From NCBI GenBank assembly GCA_019057815.1, contig JAHLWR010000039.1, forward strand, positions 1 through 16,504: a stretch of 16,504 nt of DNA, in the 5' to 3' direction. Source of the DNA: Candidatus Heimdallarchaeota archaeon (GTDB lineage: Archaea > Asgardarchaeota > Heimdallarchaeia > Heimdallarchaeales > Heimdallarchaeaceae). Numbering within the stretch: position 1 is the stretch's first letter; every line of letters starts with the position of its first letter. Shown here one piece after another: positions 12,848 to 16,504 of the stretch. Below the pieces are notes generated by a model. That model saw only the letters and a program-made list of their open reading frames with translations. It made no database searches and had not been told where the DNA came from. The position numbers were made by a program, and so were the translations under genes.

Positions 12848-15206
12848 AATTAATGAAAGAATTGCAAAACTGCGAGAGCAAAGTCTAAATGCTAAACCTT
12901 CGTTAACACATGAAAGAGCAGTTTTAATCACAGAATTTTATAAAATTGGAATATCAAATAAAGTTTCGATTCCTGTAGGTAGAGCTTTGGCTTTTAAATA
13001 TATTTTATCTAAAAAAGAATTATGTATAAATGAAGGAGAATTAATTATCGGAGAAAGAGGTCCCCAACCTAAAGCTACACCAACCTATCCAGAAATATGT
13101 GCTCATAGTCTAGAAGATTTAGAAAATCTAAATAATAGAGAAAAAATTTCTTTCAAAATTCAAGATGAAACAAAAGAGATATACAAAGAAACCATCATTC
13201 CTTTTTGGAAAGGGAGATCAATTAGAGATCGAATTTTTGACGCAGTTGACGAAGATTGGAAATTAGCCTATCAAGCTGGAGTATTCACAGAATTCATGGA
13301 ACAAAGAGCTCCTGGACACACAGTAGCTGATAACAAAATTTTCAAGAAAGGATTTGTTAATTTCAAAGCTCAAATAAACAAGAGTTTAGAAGAATTGGAT
13401 TTCTATAATGATCCTAAAGCGTATGAAAAACAAGAAGAATTAGAAGCAATGGAGATTGCAGCTGATGCTATAATAATTCTTGCAAAAAGATATTCAGAAA
13501 AAGCTCAAATTCTGGCACAAGATGAAGAAAATCCTATTCGTAGAAAGGAATTGGTGAATATTTCGTTAATTTGCGAAAAAGTCCCAGCTAATGCTCCTGA
13601 GACTTTCCATGAAGCTTTACAACATTACTGGTTTATTCATCTAGGAGTGATAACGGAATTAAACACTTGGGATTCATTCAATCCAGGAAGACTAGATCAA
13701 CATCTCTACCCATTTTATAAAAAAGAAATAGAAAATGGTACTTTGACTGAAGAAGGAGCTAGAGAACTTTTACAAGCTTTCTGGATAAAATTTAATAATC
13801 AACCTGCTCCACCAAAAGTAGGAATTACAGCTCAAGAGAGTAATACTTACACAGATTTCTGCTTGATAAATATTGGTGGAGTTAAAGAAGATGGTGAGGA
13901 TGGAGTTAATGATCTTTCATATCTTATTCTAGATGTTATTGAAGAGATGAGAATACTACAACCAAGCTCTATGGTACAGATCAGTAATAAAACACCAGAT
14001 AGATTACTTAAAAGAGCTCTGGAAATTATTAAAACAGGTTTTGGACAACCATCAATTTTCAATACAGATGCACTTGTTCAAGAAATGGTAAGACAAGGAA
14101 AAGACATTAAAGATGCAAGGAACGGTGGAGCTAGCGGTTGTGTTGAAGTAGGTGCTTTTGGAAAGGAAAGCTATATTTTAACAGGATATTTTAATTTAGT
14201 AAAAATTCTTGAAATTACATTAAATAATGGTCTTGATCCAATAACAGGGGAACAAATAGGACTAAAAACTGGTAATGCAAACGATTTCAAAACTTTTGAA
14301 GAGCTTCTAGAAAAATTCAAAGAACAAGTTATCTATTTCGTTAACATTAAAATAAAAGGAAATAACATAGTAGAAAGATTATATGCAACGCAACTACCTT
14401 CGCCTTTCCTTTCAATTATCATAGACGATTGTATAGAGAAAGGTAAAGATTACAATGATGGAGGAGCTAGATATAATACAACCTATATCCAGGGAGTGGG
14501 ATTGGGAACCCTAACTGACTCGCTTACAGCTATAAAATATAACATTTTTGATAAAAAAACAATGCTAATGACTGAATTGTTGGATGCAATTGAGACTAAT
14601 TTTGAAAAATCAGAACAAATACACTATAAACTCGTTGAAGAAAGCCCAAAATATGGTAATGACGATGATTATGCAGATGATATAATGAAACAAGCCTTCA
14701 ATATCTACTTCAATGCTATTGATAATCGACCTAACACTAAAGGAGGGAAATATCACATCAATCTATTACCTACAACTGTCCATATTTATTTTGGAAGCGT
14801 TATAAAAGCTACTCCAGATGGAAGAAAAGCGTTTGAACCGCTCTCTGAAGGTGTATCCCCTGTACAAGGAGTGGATAGGCTAGGACCTACTGCTGTAATC
14901 AAATCTGCAAGCAAAATTGATCATCTAAAGACTGGTGGAACCTTGCTTAACCAAAAATTCTCTCCTCAACTTTTAGAGGATAAGGTAGGAATTAGCAATC
15001 TAGCTCATTTAATTAGAAGCTATTTTAAAATGGATGGACATCAAATTCAACTCAATGTTGTGTCAGCGGAAACTCTTCGTGAAGCTCAACAATATCCCGA
15101 AAAGCACAAGAATCTTATTGTTCGTGTCGCTGGTTATAGTGATTATTTTGTTGATTTAGGTATTGAATTACAAAACGAAATAATTAGAAGAACAGAACAC
15201 AATTAG
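12837..15206 (+). CDS. hypD: trans-4-hydroxy-L-proline dehydratase (glycyl radical enzyme)
   Basis: 789 aa; glycyl loop IVRVAGYS, Cys loop SGCVE, and HypD-type segments FTEFMEQRAPGHTV, ELNTWDSFNPGRLDQHL, KFNNQPAPPKVGIT.ESNTYTDF, ILTGY, LLPTTVHIYFG. These match, from memory, the Clostridioides difficile HypD active-site set (His160, Asp278, Ser334, Asp339, Phe340, Cys434, Glu436, Tyr450, Thr645, Gly765). Start is TTG 12837 or GTG 12840. Confidence 0.92.
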   Translation: MVDKINERIAKLREQSLNAKPSLTHERAVLITEFYKIGISNKVSIPVGRALAFKYILSKKELCINEGELIIGERGPQPKATPTYPEICAHSLEDLENLNNREKISFKIQDETKEIYKETIIPFWKGRSIRDRIFDAVDEDWKLAYQAGVFTEFMEQRAPGHTVADNKIFKKGFVNFKAQINKSLEELDFYNDPKAYEKQEELEAMEIAADAIIILAKRYSEKAQILAQDEENPIRRKELVNISLICEKVPANAPETFHEALQHYWFIHLGVITELNTWDSFNPGRLDQHLYPFYKKEIENGTLTEEGARELLQAFWIKFNNQPAPPKVGITAQESNTYTDFCLINIGGVKEDGEDGVNDLSYLILDVIEEMRILQPSSMVQISNKTPDRLLKRALEIIKTGFGQPSIFNTDALVQEMVRQGKDIKDARNGGASGCVEVGAFGKESYILTGYFNLVKILEITLNNGLDPITGEQIGLKTGNANDFKTFEELLEKFKEQVIYFVNIKIKGNNIVERLYATQLPSPFLSIIIDDCIEKGKDYNDGGARYNTTYIQGVGLGTLTDSLTAIKYNIFDKKTMLMTELLDAIETNFEKSEQIHYKLVEESPKYGNDDDYADDIMKQAFNIYFNAIDNRPNTKGGKYHINLLPTTVHIYFGSVIKATPDGRKAFEPLSEGVSPVQGVDRLGPTAVIKSASKIDHLKTGGTLLNQKFSPQLLEDKVGISNLAHLIRSYFKMDGHQIQLNVVSAETLREAQQYPEKHKNLIVRVAGYSDYFVDLGIELQNEIIRRTEHN

Positions 15207-15236
15207 TCGTATTTTCTCCTTGACAAATAGAATCCC

Positions 15237-15268
15237 TTATAAAACTATATACACAATAACTTGTGTAT
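15237..15268 (+). promoter_or_regulatory. TATA box plus inverted repeat upstream of the last ORF
   Basis: TTATAAAA at 15237-15244 (about -26 from ATG 15267); ATACACAA-taac-TTGTGTAT at 15249-15268. Confidence 0.55.
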
Positions 15269-16504
15269 GGTAAACGAGTATACAAATCCTATTTTTGCGG
15301 ATAGAATTATTCCAAAATTCGCGCATTATGAAGAAGTCGATAAAACTTTGATTGAGAGTATGCAATGGACAAAAGGTGATGAATTATTTGTTTCTCTTCT
15401 ACCTATCGTAGATCATTTTCCAGAAAATAAGAGGGGTATCATTAGAGCTTTCATTGCTAATAATTCAGATGAATCTTATAATCTGTCAATCTACTACTCT
15501 CTTTCCGGATGGTATAGCAACCTACGAAAAGTTCAGCAAATTAACTTTATTGAAACTATAACCATATCACCTGGCGAAGTGTGGTTTGGTGATATTATTT
15601 TCAGGAGTTCTATTAAACAAGGTAAAAACTATTTTCAGTTTCTATTGTACAAAGACACTAACATTTGGGTTTCAAGAAGAAGCGGTAGAATGAAAAGAAA
15701 ATTAGATATTAAGCAATTTATTACAACGCACATTGAGTATTCACAAATAAGAGATATCAGCGAAAAAGAACATATTGAACAAAATAATTTCTTAGGGATG
15801 TCTTCTAAAGCTTATATTAACCCCGAATTTATTAGTTACTGGCTTTTTTATTCGCTTTTTGGTAATAATCGCTACAGTAAAGAGAACGTTTTCATACTAG
15901 TGCTGAAGATTCTGGGTGTTTTATCTGGTGTAACTTTCATCATTCTACCTATTATTTTAACGGAAATTTTCCCAACGTATGTCACCCCTCTTGGTATAAT
16001 ATTATCCGTTGTCTCATTGCTGAGTTTTCTTACACTATTGGAAAATAAACATATAAAATTGATAAATAGACTAAATCTCACTTCTAACAACAAGCTTGGT
16101 AGTCTCACTAATACTCTAGTAGAAGGAAATCCATGGTTACATCGATATTGTATTAGAGATATTAATTTCGGTGTAAAGAAGGAGGATGGTGCTGTAAGCT
16201 GGAAACTAGGAGCTATTAAACTCTATCAGAATCTTATTCCAAAAATCGGAGAGCTTTTAGGTACTAAACAAGAAATAAGTGTTCTTCCTGATATTGTAGA
16301 AGATGAAAAAGAAAAAGAAAAGAAAAAGAGACTTAGAAAGCTAGGAATCCAATTTGAAGAGCAAGAAGGCATTCATCTTAAAGATGAGATTGAAGCAGTT
16401 ATCAAAGAAGCAAAAGGTTTCAGTGAGGATTACAAAGTATTAAAGTCTGAAACATCAATTAGTCCATCAGAGACTTCAATAGAGACAAAAACATCAATTA
16501 GTCC
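15267..16504 (+). CDS. Hypothetical membrane protein (partial, >412 aa, runs off the window; absent from the supplied ORF track)
   Basis: Manual translation is open from ATG 15267 to the end: MVNEYTNPIFADRIIPKFAHYEEV...; beta-rich N-terminal region; two TM segments (VFILVLKILGVLSGVTFIILPIIL and LGIILSVVSLLSFLTLL); charged stretch EDEKEKEKKKRLRKLG; ends SETSISPSETSIETKTSIS. Confidence 0.85.
   Translation, partial: MVNEYTNPIFADRIIPKFAHYEEVDKTLIESMQWTKGDELFVSLLPIVDHFPENKRGIIRAFIANNSDESYNLSIYYSLSGWYSNLRKVQQINFIETITISPGEVWFGDIIFRSSIKQGKNYFQFLLYKDTNIWVSRRSGRMKRKLDIKQFITTHIEYSQIRDISEKEHIEQNNFLGMSSKAYINPEFISYWLFYSLFGNNRYSKENVFILVLKILGVLSGVTFIILPIILTEIFPTYVTPLGIILSVVSLLSFLTLLENKHIKLINRLNLTSNNKLGSLTNTLVEGNPWLHRYCIRDINFGVKKEDGAVSWKLGAIKLYQNLIPKIGELLGTKQEISVLPDIVEDEKEKEKKKRLRKLGIQFEEQEGIHLKDEIEAVIKEAKGFSEDYKVLKSETSISPSETSIETKTSIS
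16450..16504 (+). repeat. 16-nt direct repeat with 39-nt period, probably the start of a 13-aa coding tandem repeat
   Basis: aaacatcaattagtcc at 16450-16465 and 16489-16504; the second copy is cut by the window edge. Confidence 0.6.

Noticed and set aside
12837-15206. Pyruvate formate-lyase, choline TMA-lyase or diol dehydratase call for the GRE
   Set aside because: Single-Cys SGCVE loop (PFL has adjacent Cys-Cys) and HypD-specific segments throughout.
13847-16108. Minus-strand ORFs 13847-14062 and 15872-16108
   Set aside because: Antisense to hypD and to the long plus-strand ORF starting at 15267.

Overview
AT-rich archaeal chromosomal window (roughly one-third GC by eye), most likely from an Asgard archaeon (Heimdallarchaeia-like). 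This is an inference from TATA-box/leaderless gene starts, oligo-T terminators, an F420-type LLM enzyme and a TPR-longin fusion protein. Gene order: truncated cupin (probable pseudogene); small 2-TM zinc-ribbon protein; LLM-class F420-dependent oxidoreductase; 6-TM zinc-ribbon protein; three tandem paralogous family-5 (OppA/DppA-like) solute-binding proteins with Thr-rich stalks and C-terminal membrane anchors; a threonine-synthase-like PLP enzyme; a TPR + longin-like protein; a divergently transcribed glycyl-radical operon (activase + trans-4-hydroxy-L-proline dehydratase HypD); and a membrane-protein ORF, missing from the supplied track, that runs off the right edge. Most striking observation: all three binding proteins appear circularly permuted relative to canonical OppA/DppA, have no permease/ATPase genes in the window, and two share patchy near-identical DNA tracts. 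The HypD activase lacks the usual ferredoxin insertion. No RNA genes, CRISPR arrays or mobile elements were recognised.
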